Origin: Rhina ancylostomus
Taxonomy: Eukaryota
Length of the DNA stretch: 64,000 nucleotides
Assembly: GCA_030265395.1 (NCBI GenBank)
Contig: JARFYF010000112.1
Location: 60,885,582 to 60,949,581, forward strand
Direction: 5' to 3'
Below the pieces are notes generated by a model. The model ran no database searches and was not told the DNA's origin. It saw only the letters and a list, made by a program, of their open reading frames with translations. The position numbers and the translations under genes were made by a program. The stretch's first letter is position 1; every line of letters starts with the position of its first letter. Positions 14,020 through 26,690 of this stretch are shown here, piece by piece.

Positions 14020-14830
14020 CTAATCTTCTCAGCCCCAGGACATCACTGCATGAGTTTCCTGGGGTAGTGTCCCAATCCTACATTTGTTCAACAGTAATGT
14101 TTCCTCTGTCATAGAGACAGAGGTAAGACAACAAGTCCTAGGCAACAAATAGGCTATATGCAATGTGCGTGTCATCCAAATGCCGGGCAACAACTAATCA
14201 CCAAACAAGATCTATCCTCCATGACACTAAATGGCATTACAATTGCCAAATCTCCCACCACAAACAACCTGGAGGTGAATTTTGAGCTGAAGCCTAATGG
14301 AATCAGCTATATAATTACTATCAGCTACAAAAGCAGGCAAGAACCTAGTTATCTTGTGGGATGTGATTTCCCAAAGCCTCTCCACCATGTCAGGGGTATG
14401 ATAGATTGTTTTGTACTTACCTGAATGATACACACCAATAACTCTCTAGGAGTTCAAAACAATCCAGAATACAGTACTATGGCTGTTTGGCAGCCCATTT
14501 GCCACCTTAAAGTTCACCTTCTCCATCTCTATCACTCTATTAATGCAGCAAGTACTATCCATGGGATTATATTTCCAAGGCACTTCAACAATAGCCCATT
14601 AGAGACCAATTCCACCATCCAGAAGGACAAGGTAAGGTGATATATGGGAACACATCACCTCATAGCTCCTCTCCATGTCAAGGACCATCCTGACTTGGAC
14701 ACATGTCACTAATGTATCCTCTTTGCTGGCTAAAAAGCTGGAATTCTTTATCTAATATTATTGTTTGACTACCTTCTGCTCATGTACTGCAATGATTCAA
14801 GGGAAAGGCTACCTTCATTTTCTCAATGCC
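14020..14830 (+). mobile_element. Decayed CR1/L2-group LINE, RT C-terminal part and 3' end
   Basis: VPQGSV-like gagtttcctggggtagtgtcc. ORF 14158-14424 (CQ..ITK...LNGITIAKSPTTNNLEV...) resembles the post-RT region of non-LTR ORF2. Confidence 0.6.
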
Positions 14831-17800
14831 TTAGGTTTTCATGAGCATTTCACCAGAATATATTTTTAAAAATTAATCATAGTTTGAAATTGTCACATGG
14901 TTACTGACTGTGGAACTACTGGTATAACTAGCCTGGGAAATGGAAGCACATTGTTGGTTGTGCAATCACAGCATTATCACTCCTGTAATTGTAACATCAC
15001 ATAGAGTTCCTCACGGTTTCAGTTAATTCAACAGTAACTGAGATATGTAATCACTGCAATCATTATGTTGTGTTATAAAAACATTTACTTACCTTATACA
15101 TTCACTTAAAGAAACTAAATATCTTATGAGCAGCTGCTCTGTATTCTCAATATGCATCTAAGTGAACACCTCTGTCAGAGCTAAAACATAAATTAACAAT
15201 GAGAGGATTAAAATTTTCATGAACAAATATATATTACATTGGGATCACCCACACAGATTTTGATCAACAGTATAGATGAATACCTGGTCTAATTTGTTGC
15301 TTTGCACTCAGTACTTGCAGATTGTGAGCAATGTTGAAGTGAAATTTATTCTGTCAATGCATAATGGATATGTAGTACCTCAAAATCAATANNNNNNNNN
15401 NNNNNNNNNNNNNNNNNNNNNNNNNNNNNNNNNNNNNNNNNNNNNNNNNNNNNNNNNNNNNNNNNNNNNNNNNNNNNNNNNNNNNNNNNNNAGTACCTCA
15501 AAATCAATATTAAAAACACCATCAGAATATCTTGTTTTTTTGTTTTAAAGCATTATAAGTTCAGAATGAATTTCTGTAGCCATACTTCTGAAAAACATCC
15601 AAAATTAAACAATAATTGTTAACTAAAATAATATTTTTGAAGACAACTAAAGTTAATCTTGGAAATACTTTATATTTAGACATGTTAGATCTGGAGATGA
15701 TGTTGTCCAGAAGATCCCTCTGAAGTCAAGAATGAGGCGAAAATCTTATGGTTACAGCCGTGTTATTAGATGTTCATTATAGTACAGGTCAGACAGGGTC
15801 AGCCTGTACCAGCAAGCAAGGCAAACAAAGAAGTCACAAAAGGAACTTGACCACATGCTCTCCTTTTATACTGCAAACCGGTCTAAACTGGTTTAGATAA
15901 AGAAAACCTGTGAGCAGGTACTGACTGAGTCACACTTCTGTTTTGCAGACAAAGCGACTACAGAAGAATAGATTCAAATATATTACAAGTTATCAAAAGT
16001 TTACAGATAAACAGGTGATTTAATACAAACATACAAGTGTAAAGAAAGCTAAAACTACAAGGAAAAACACAATAAAAACAACAATCTGAACCCTAATCCA
16101 ATAGACGCAACATAATTTTTGTCAGCCTTTCATAAAATCAAACTGTTGTATCATATTTGGGCAATCTATTCACTGAAGACAGTAATTGTACAAATAGTTC
16201 ATTCTATACTTTACATTTTGGCAATTTTCAACTTCTGTGTATCTATTCTTCTCTTGGGAGAGGAATTATACTGAGCACCTTTCTAGAATGCTTGGATTCA
16301 ACTCTTGGGACACAACTCACTTTGAAAGTGAGAGAGCGAGAGGAATGGTCTGTCACTCAATTTATGTCACACCTCTTCATAGGGAAGACAGTCCAAACTA
16401 TTCTCAATCCTATTTTAGACTATTTTGCATAAATCATTGAACAAGATCCTTGTTGAAGATGCCATATTAATAGCTGAACACATTTGAACATTTTTAAAGA
16501 ATACAAGGCCTTCAAACTTCAGGAACATACCAGATTTCAAGCAGTATATCAAATATTATTTACTTGGTGAACTAATTAATATGCCAGCAGAACAAATAAC
16601 CTGATTTGTTGGTTGATGCACATACTGCAAATTCAAATCCTGGTAAGCTCTCTGATCTCCAAAAGTTTCAATACATGTTTAAAGATTCTATAATTACATT
16701 AAATCTTCAATTTTGGGGGATTTTCTACAATAATACAATTCTGCAGATCAGTTCCTTTAAGCATAATGAATAAATTGGTCTGTTATTCATTAGCTTTATC
16801 CCCAATACACCAGTGTCTACTGTGGACTAAGCACTAATTCCATTAATTTATGTAATGTGGCTAATTCTTCAATGTGTATATACATTGGACCATAGGAGCA
16901 GAGCCACTGTTAGTTATGAATATTTTAACTGAATACCAACCTCAACCTTCTTTTCACTCCTTTTCTGGGGCATATGTTCACAAGTGCCAGTGGTCCCCCA
17001 GTACTTTACACTAGTACAGTTTCCAGACCTGACATACTATTCACTTATGGGACAGCATCAGCACCAAGCTCGATCCTGATCTGTCACACCCATATTTAAT
17101 TCCCAGCTAGAGTTATCATGGAGCCTACTTAGGAATAATCCTACCATTAGGATACAAAACCTCCCCACCTTGGGGAGGAGAGCACACAGTCCAGAATAAA
17201 CCAATCATCTCAGAATCTTGCAATAAGAGACTTTATGTGTGTCCTTTTAAAAGTAAATGGATCTATTGTAGAATAAAACCTTAGAAAAAGAATGTTCTAA
17301 GATTAGTCCTGCGTGTGCCTACACTTCTTTGTGTAGTTAGGCAGTCTGAACTCCATCCACCATCCCCTCACCCACTGCCACCAACAGCCCACACCTGCAT
17401 CTGTCATATACGTTTATGCAAACATGCATAAAAGCAACTGGCTAACTGAATACTCAGCAGTCTTTAAACCTTGAAAACTATAGGGGCAAGTCGGTATCCA
17501 AATGATTAAACAGGATCTTGAAACGAAAACAAACACTTGCTGTAAGTCCGCAACAGTCTTTGAGCATTTAAAGAGAAAAGACACACAAGTTCTGAGCCTT
17601 CATCAAAACTTGCCTCTGAGACACAAGTACCCACTCTTTCAGATATTTATTGCCCTTATTAAACATGTTCTGGTTCTGGTAAGAAACCTAAATAAGTAAT
17701 TTAGGTTTCTTACTGCATGCACTTACTGCTTCGAAATTACTACAATAATAATGAGGGGTGTCTTCTTCAATAAGATCAGTACTGAGATTAATATTAAACT

Positions 17801-20800
17801 CTTCCACTCTCTTCCTCCTCCGTGGTTGCAGGCAATGGCCAAACCTGTATCAATGAAAGTTAATGGAATTTACAGTTGGCAACTACAAATTTAGAGATTG
17901 ACTCTGGAGTATACTTCAAGGTGCTAGAACAGTCCAAGTAACAGAAGCATTGTTTCAGGACACCCACGGTACTCAGTTATGTTGCAAATCACAGTTTAGC
18001 ATTCTCCATTTCCTACTGCCTCAAGTATTGGCTTCAGAAAGGAGCCAATAACCAGATGGTCAAGTATTAGCCCATGTTGCCAGTGGTCATAATTTAACCT
18101 GCTGCAGACTTGATAAAATGAACAAGTTCAGGCTACTTTCTGGTTTTTGTGGCACGACCACCATGATCTTTTGTGGCTACAAATCAGCCGAACATACAAA
18201 GAAATGAAATCCCTAAACATGTCACATTCTCATGTGGCACCCTCAGGCTGATGTGGATACAGTCAATAAATTCGCAGCATGATAAAGATGCCCCAAATCC
18301 CACTGATTCTGTGCTGCTCTGGATAAACTACTTGCAGGAAACTCATGTACAAAGTCATGCTTCAAATGGCGATAGTTTGTGTTGGCCACAGCTTGGAAAG
18401 AGTAGAAGCCCAAAAATTAATGGTCACCATCCCTTTCAATGTCACTAGAAATGTGGTTCTTTTGCTACTTTGTGGATGCCACACGTGGTGCAACTTGCTG
18501 ATCAGCTGCTAGAATAAATAGTCTCTTGACTCTGCTTCACACCAGAGGCAAATGTAGAAAAACAACCCCTAAATACCCTTGGTCATTAGGGCTTCCTTCA
18601 GAGGATGGTCTCTCCCTCTTTTTTCATCCCTGCTTTCTAGGCTTTCCTCTCATTCTCCTCATCCAGGTTGCCTTATCCTGAAGCAATAGAGTTTAGCGAA
18701 TGTTTGAAGGTCTAACGACAGTCATGCCCCTCTCTGGAATTGCCCCTCACCGCATTTCAGGAAATACCAAACAGCATCACTTCCCCTTGCAATCAGTTAC
18801 CAAGAAACTCTTCAAAAGACTCCTCTCTGTGCTAGTTGAATGCATCACATCAACTGCTTTGTTGAGGTCAAAATTTGGCAGCACTGACATGAGATCAGCA
18901 TTGCACACTGATCAATGTCACAACCTGACTTCAGCAGACATTGCATATGCTACCATTCTTGTTGTTTGGCACAGGAAGCACAGACAAAGGTGCAAATGCA
19001 TAAAAATACAGCCAAATTCCTACCAAAAATCCAGACAACAGGCATTATGGAACTTAATTTCATTGTTATAGTTTGGGTTGCACATGATTGAATGTATATG
19101 GTTATACATTCTCCATAATTGCTGAATTGCAAGTGCATTATTACTAATTAAATATGCATATGGAATAGACAGATTGTACTAAACTACATCAGGGGAAATG
19201 GAAGCTCACTCACACCAACCCCCAGCCCACCCTATTCTCCAGCATGCATTTCCTGTCATGCTCTATTAACATTGCTGTAGTGTAATGTACCCTTGAGAAT
19301 CCTGTCGCACAACCTTTGCTTTTCTGGTCCAGCAGAAGCAAAGGATTAACCTCACTCAGTCCTATGAATGGAATTAGCAGAAAATTATATAATATTTTCT
19401 TGTGAAAGCATTTCCCTTTAGCTATTTTTTTTGTCTGTAGCACAGTGACTGATACTTTCAACACTGAAACTTTTAATTTTTTTTATATGTATTGTAATTT
19501 GGTATCTGAACCACAACTCCCTAAAGCTCATCAAGATATCGTCTCCCAGGGATACAAAAACAAAATACAGCAAAAGCTATGTAAACCCCTTTGCAGTCTA
19601 TGAGTATTCCCTGGATTGACCTCCAGGCTGCTTACATTTTATCCTGCTTGTCCTTAAAAAAAACAAAGAGCTCAAACCAGCCCAAAGTGTCAGAATGTTA
19701 CATGCCTATGCTGATTGACAAGGCCAAGCTCTTTCCAAGTGCCACTCGAGGAATGTTGCATCTGCATTAATGCCGACTTTAGCAGCTTTGGAATTCCAGT
19801 CACAGAAGTATGGCAGTACTGAAGTCTTGATCTCAGCACAATGGCATTCCCTAGTTGCCTGGAAGTGTGTGGTATAGATCAAAGAAGACAGGCAAATGGC
19901 ATATCAGGGTGGCATTTATCTTACAAATGATAATGAAATCATTCTTGAAAGCAACAGCCAAAGGGATATACTTTTATCCAGGGATTCGCATTGCAGAGCT
20001 AGTCCTTCAGAACAGGCTTTAAAGTTTAGACCAGATTTGCAGTATCTGGGAAGAATGCACGTGATTTAGCCTCAACAGTTTTTAATTCTTTCAGGACTTC
20101 AGCAGCAGTTCTGCACCACATGACAATTAGATGACATGCCAGAGTACTGTATACTGTTTCTGTTCAGTAGGCAACAGTATCAGTTCTCTCTTTTCATCTA
20201 TACAGCTTTCTGCATTCTAACAGAAAATAGACCAAAATATCAGTACCCAGTTATGCACATCTCCATACTTAAAAAATTAGAATTATTCTATGTATTAGTG
20301 AAGAACTCATAGACTTTGTACAGCCACATCAGCTGCAGTACAGTCTCACACAAATGTCAGATCAATCTGTAAATAACTAATGATCGCTCTCTCTCTACTA
20401 GTAAATAGTACAGGTCTCATGACAAGCAGGTCAATATGGTCATGGGCAGTAAATACACAGTCACCATAACTTGGTATGGAATACACACATTCTCTGAACT
20501 TGCAGATAGTAATCTCATTGTTTTTTGAAAGGGGTTAATAGAAGTCATAAGGTGGTTAGAAAAGACATCAGTGTTAAAAAGGGAGCATTTGATGATCCTA
20601 TATTATAATCTACAGCTTTCACTTCAAACTTAAAGTATTAAACTGTGTGAAATCAATGTATTAACTTCTGAAGCTGAAGTGCCGGGTCTGATGAACAATT
20701 AAATTGAATTGTGGTACTTAATTTCATTCATTTTATGTCCAAATGCCATAAAATTGACATTATTTGTTCACATTATCAAACAAGCAATATCATTTTATTG

Positions 20801-21009
20801 ATAAGTAATTTGCATTTATGCTCAAGATCTCTGCTCAGCATGCCTGACCTATTTGCCTACAGAAAAGTGATGTCAAAATTCTGCAACCTAATCCATTTTG
20901 TGCCAGGAAATACCACGTTTTCTGTAAGATTCCCCAGGATGCAATCTAAATGGTGTATTCTAGCAAGAGATATGTACACCAATCAACATTTCTTTATGGT
21001 ATCTACAGA

Positions 21010-21356
21010 TAGAGTCATAGTCATAGAAAGATACAGGCCCTTCGGTCCACCAGCTCTGCCCCAACTATCAATTTACACTTATCATACATTAATTCAATTT
21101 TTTAAAAATTCTCCCTACATTCTAATCAACACCCCCAAATTTTATTACTCTTATACACACTAGGGGAAATTTACAGTTGCCAGTTAACCTACCAACACAT
21201 CTTTGGTGATATGGGCGAAAACCGGAGTATGCAGGGGAAACCCACATAGTCAAAAGGTGAATGTGAAAACTTCACACAGGCAGTACCCAAGGTCAGGATT
21301 GAACTTGGGTCTCTGGTACTGAGAGGCAGTGGATCTACTAACTGCACCACTACACC
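21010..21356 (-). mobile_element. HE1/V-SINE-like tRNA SINE, near full length
   Basis: Minus strand has an A-box (TGGTGCAGTTAGT), a B-box (AGTTCAATCC), a V-domain (gtgggtttcccctgcatactccggtttt) and a CR1-type tail (gaagggcctgtatctttctatgactatgactcta). Confidence 0.8.
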
Positions 21357-21361
21357 ATCCA

Positions 21362-21625
21362 TGATCTTTCAGGACAGAGATGTGAAGAAATTTCTTCAGC
21401 TGGAGACCAGTGAACTTTTGGAATTCTCTTTTCAAGAGTGTATTGGAGGCTCATTTGCTGAGTATATTCAAGACAGAAATATGTTTTTAGATATTAAGAG
21501 AGTCAAGGAATCTTGTGCAGGAAAATGACTCTGAGATAAAAGATTACCCATGATATTATTAGCTGGCAGAGAAGGCATGAGGGACCAAATGGCTACTCCT
21601 GCTTCTTTTATTTTATGTCCTTACA
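21362..21625 (+). mobile_element. CR1 3'-end fragment
   Basis: agatgtgaagaaatttcttc...tggaattctct...ccatgatattattagctggcagag...aaatggctactcctgct. Confidence 0.7.
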
Positions 21626-24600
21626 TCTTCTGCCAAAGTTACATGGATGATCAGCAGAACCCAGAGGGAAATTTAGCAGTATTATATCTTAGCTGACACA
21701 TTTAAAATGGAAACACTGGATACATTTCCCCAATGCTGTATTCCCTAGCATTGCTACTTTTCACTTTAATGATCATGAACATGCTCAGCAAAATTCAAAC
21801 ACCACTGCGCATCTCAAAGTGATAAAGAAGCTCTATTATAAGCACTATTCTAATCTACTTCAATAAAAATCATGACATTTAAAATAACATTTGTATGTAA
21901 TTAATGTTCCAAATCTTTCAAACTGTTGATTGTTGATACACCAATTCAACAGGACTTATCCCTCATGGATAAAACTAAAATTTCCTACTTAACTAACTAA
22001 AACTCATACTTCATTGGCTATTAAAATGTTTTGGAACTTCCTGATGTCACAGAAAACACTCTAGATATGTGAGTCCTTTCTTTAACTGGCTTTACTGATC
22101 AGCATTGTGAATTTCTTTTCCCCCATTCATATTCTTTTTGATAAGGTTTGCTTAAGCAATAAGATTTACCAAATATGATGAAATAGTAAATCATCTGATT
22201 CTATAAAGTCCCGACTCACTCCTTGTATTTGTTAAGTTAGTTGATTTCTACTAGGGCTGCAATAGGAAAAATAACAAATTGGTAATCCATTGTTTTCATT
22301 GAGAAGTGAATCAAAATAAGCAGGTTTCATATTCCTCAATTCTAGTGCAACCATGTGCGTTGGTAATGTACATGGATAAACTTTGTTGATTACAGGATCA
22401 GGCTTTCCTAATACGTTTCAGATGTTGAAGGGCCTCACTATTCAAATTTTCACATGACAAATGGTCACTTGGAAATACAGGAGGACAAACACCATGGGAT
22501 GTATGGAAATACCTCTATGTCTCCTGTCAGAAAAATGTCGTGCAAGTATATGCCCTCAATTTTATTACTATGCTGTGGTTTTAGAAGGATCTCTGGGAAC
22601 TCACTCAAGTGGACTGAATAACTCATCTGATATGGATCCCGTCCTGGTCGATATCCACTCAGGGACAGCAGAAGTGGTAATGCTGGTCAATGCTTCTCCC
22701 TCCAGCTCAGAAGGCAATTGTCTCTGCTGGTACCAACCTGACTGGAACTAAGTGGGTCAGCAACTTTTGGACTTGGAACCAGGAATGTTCCAATATGTAT
22801 ATCTCTATAGTTAGCCATCTTTGACAGTTTTGCAGCAAAAATATATTTAAATTAAGAAGCCCTCCACAGTTTCAGAGTCTGCATTTATGAATGCTTTGGA
22901 ATCAGAGATTAGCCAGTGAAATGTCCAAAGTGTTTATGTCAAAAAGGTTTGGCACTGTACCACGTGGGGTGTTTATTCATCTACATGGTTTGTTGTTTCT
23001 TTGTTAAAAGCCAAAATCCCAAATTAACCATATTACTCATGAATATCAAACCATTATGCTTTCCTAATATGAAATGTCAACTGACACTCAAGTTTGCTTA
23101 CAATACACTCCTGCATCACATTAAGGTTGCGTTCCGAGAAAATCAAGGATATCACGATTGTCCATTACGTGAACCTTCGACAAAATTTGTTGCTTCTTTA
23201 GCATTTTGCAGTTTTGTTTTTTCTCCCCCCTCACATAACTTTGTAAGAGTGGACTTTTATTCCATACAGATTTTTGGTAGCCATTTGTGAATGCCACAAG
23301 GTTGAATTTCCATTACCTGAACTGCTGTAATGCAGGGGTACATAGTAATTAAGACAAGAGCATGGCTCGGTTTTGCATAAATTTGCAATTTAAGCTGTTT
23401 ATTAATTGCAAATATTTGAATGAAATAATTTACAAAGCAAGCATTCTGATCACATCTATTCCAATAGCCAGTGCTTCAGGGCTTGGTCTGAGAAAATATG
23501 GCTGGGGGTCTTGTGATCTTATGAAGTATTGATTGAAATGATTGACATAGATTGTCAGGATGAATTGCATTAATCAGTATATTAGAGAACTAACAGTTTT
23601 ATATATTATATTGTATTACTTTCAAAACAACAGTTAATTTCAAGCAACACAAACATTCATACAGCATTACTGTTTAATGCATTCCATGCAATATTTACTG
23701 CCTTAGGTACAAAACTAGGATAGCAGTTTCAATGAAAACCTGACATTCAAGTCTAATTGCCTGTTTTACATTGTACTGCACATTACGGAGCATTACAGCA
23801 CATATGGTCAACTCTAAAGAGACAAACATCACTGCATGTTGCATGCAGTGACATATTAAAAAACCTAGTAATAAACTCAGGGGCGATCATGAAGTGCCAC
23901 TAAATCTACACTGGCATGAAACCTATCCCTGGAGCAACATATTTTCATGCTGGTTTGAGATTGGCACCTGCAACTTTCAGGCTTTAGGCTGCCAAGTTTG
24001 TGCTGCAGTTCATTCCATTGCCAGCTTCATATAAAGGGAATTAGCAAGCCTAGTTTTACACATTGCTCCCAGCAAAAACTTATCCAGCCTGTCAGTTTCC
24101 TCATCTTAAGCATTAGCCTAAACTGCATGTGTTACCCAAAGTCAAAAGACTCTACTGCTGGTAACATAAGTGGGCAAATACTCAAATGTTTCTGTTATTC
24201 ATTTTGCAGCCTGATTTTAGGAGGAGTGTTAACCTATATAATACTACTAATTTGCTACATTACACAACAGAGAAAAGTCTTACAGAAGATTTTTAATGCA
24301 TTTGTAACAGTTATTTGAAAGGAAAATAGTACTTGCCAGCATGTCTAAGAATGGGGCAGTAAAATGTCAAGATGTTTTAAAGAAGCTTGCCTAGTTGGAA
24401 ATTCTCATTAACTGCTTCTCCTCATTTTACATGACACAGCAGATCCAACAATTCCTGGCCAAATTGATAAATGCAATGCATGGCAAAGCCACATGTGCCA
24501 TGGGGAAAATTACTTTGGCAGCAACAAGATAAATCCTTCTTTGTAGAGGGATCAAAGTTAAACTTTGGGTCAGAGCAGTTTGCAGATCACAATTGAATTG

Positions 24601-25239
24601 GCAGGAGGAACACCACAGTTAATTGCCAGGAGTTGAAAAGGGAAATATATCCAGGATGCCTACTGCTGATCCCTATCCAGTGACCCTGCTGATAAATACA
24701 TGGATTAAGTTAGGGTTAAAATGGGATTAGGTTAATCAGTCACATAACCTGTGGCCATACCCAATACCATTTAGTTTCACAGAAGGTAATGTGGTGGCAA
24801 CGGTGGAGATGATGGGTGCCAGAGGCATCTATCAAGTGAGGAAAGGTTATTGAAATAAAATCTGTTCTTGTAATTGCCTAAATTTACCTCATTGTTATTA
24901 ATCTGATACACCTCAGCCCATGCTATGGATTTTACAATACTATAGATGAATGCCAAGTTGCACTGGAAAATTAGTTTGCCATGTACTAATCACCCTTCAT
25001 GGATTTATAGTTTGTGTCAATGATGATTGCTTTTATATTAGGCTTGGTTACACCCCCAGTGCAATGCACCAACATATTGTGCAATAGTTCGCAATTCCAA
25101 TGTTGCTTTGTTGGATTCACTTAGTCAGGCACTAGGAACACTTTTCTTCCCCCAAACAGGTTACACTGGAAACTTTCAGAAAGATTTACTGTCACAGGTA
25201 GAATAGATAGCATTTGCTATCTTACATATATGGAGAAAG

Positions 25240-26040
25240 TGGTGCATCATTAGTGGCACATTTCAAATGAGATGCTAAATTAAGGGCACGTTAGATCCTA
25301 CATTTCCTTTTAAAATTGGGTAGTGACATTCTCTTAACTCCCCTTTAATATTTAACTAATATCACCAACAAAATGGTCTGCTCATTTATTTAGAGTAATA
25401 CAGCATGGAAATGGGCCCTTCAGCCAAACTCATGCATGATGGCCATGGTACACACCAAACTAATCCCATTTGCTTGCATTTGGCTCCATCCTTCTAAATT
25501 CCCCCTATCCACATTTATCCAAATGTCTTTTGAATGTTACTGTACCTGCCTCAACCACGTTCTCTGATAGCTCATTCCATATATCCCCACCTTTGTGTGA
25601 AGTTCTCCCTCAAGTCCCTCTTAAATCTTTCACTACTTACCTTATGCCCTCCAGTTTTTAGTTTCCCTTCCCTGGGAATAAGACCATGCACATTCACCCT
25701 ATCTATGCCCCTCATGATTTTATACACCTCCATGAGGTCACCCCTCAATCTTCTACACTCCAAGGAATAAAAGTCCTAGCTTGCCCAACCTCTCCCTATA
25801 ATTCAGGCCCAAGTCATGGCAACATCCTCATATCTTCTCTGCACTCTCTCCAATTTATTGACATCTTTCCTACAACAGGGCAACCAAAGTTTATTTACTG
25901 TCTGTGAATGCTTGGACATTTGTGTCCTTTATTACATTTAAAAGTACTTTAAATGTCCTTCACATAAATGTTAATTTAAAAACAAACTACGGATGCTGGA
26001 AATCTAAAAATCCATTATTGGGTGTGAAATACTTAGTGAT
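25240..26040 (+). mobile_element. DeuSINE-like host element split by a CR1 and a Penelope-derived fragment
   Basis: SINE-like sequence on both sides of the CR1 (…tggtctgctcatttattt | atttactgtctgtg…aaagtacttt…attgggtgtgaaatactt). Confidence 0.45.
25393..25889 (-). mobile_element. 5'-truncated CR1 LINE with 8-bp TSD
   Basis: ORF 25572-25763 RRLRGDLMEVYKIMRGIDRV is the CR1 ORF2 C-terminus. TTTATTTA occurs at 25385-25392 and 25890-25897. Confidence 0.85.
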
Positions 26041-26569
26041 AGCGCAAGATTTTAAAAAGGTGTGACACACCTTGGTTATAACGTACATTCATGTCACTTT
26101 ATAATCAACTTTGTCTTGTTGCCTTAGAAATAAAACAAGAATTAATTGATTTTAAGTACGTTATTCAGCCACACAAGTGAATTTTGTGCTTTAGCGACTG
26201 GACTAAATGCCTCCAATCCAATCTGGCATACCAATTTATATTGTCACTGATTTATAAATGGTACTCCTCACATCTCTTCATGGGTACTATCTTTTCAACT
26301 AGCGTGGGCTCTCTCCCTCACAGTAACAAAGTGACCTCCACCATGAGCATGCAAACAAATTGAAAACAGCTTTCAAAAATTACAAACATAATTAGGCAAT
26401 ACAACTCATCCACAAAAAGCCCAACCGTCTGGATCAACCATCAAATTAATACACTGTGATAAAATGCTATATGGGAACCATTTAATTTTACTTAATTTGA
26501 GGGAAAATTACATCAGTATTCCATCCACTTCCCATTTTATTTTCAATCCCTTGCAATTATTTAGTTAAG

Positions 26570-26690
26570 TGACAGAAAAAGAAAGACTTGCATCAATATA
26601 ACACCTTAATGCTCCTTCAGGATGTCTCAAAGCACTTCATGACCAATAAATTACTTCTGAAGTGCTGTCATTGTTTTAATAGAGGAATGT
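26570..26690 (-). mobile_element. DeuSINE/L2-type 3' tail fragment
   Basis: aaagacttgcatcaatataacacctt...caggatgtctcaaagcacttca; similar tails at ~22000-22080, 47410-47470 and 62720-62800. Confidence 0.55.

Noticed and set aside
21290-21356. tRNA gene suggested by A/B boxes
   Set aside because: No cloverleaf, and it is continuous with a V-SINE body and CR1 tail, so it is a SINE head.
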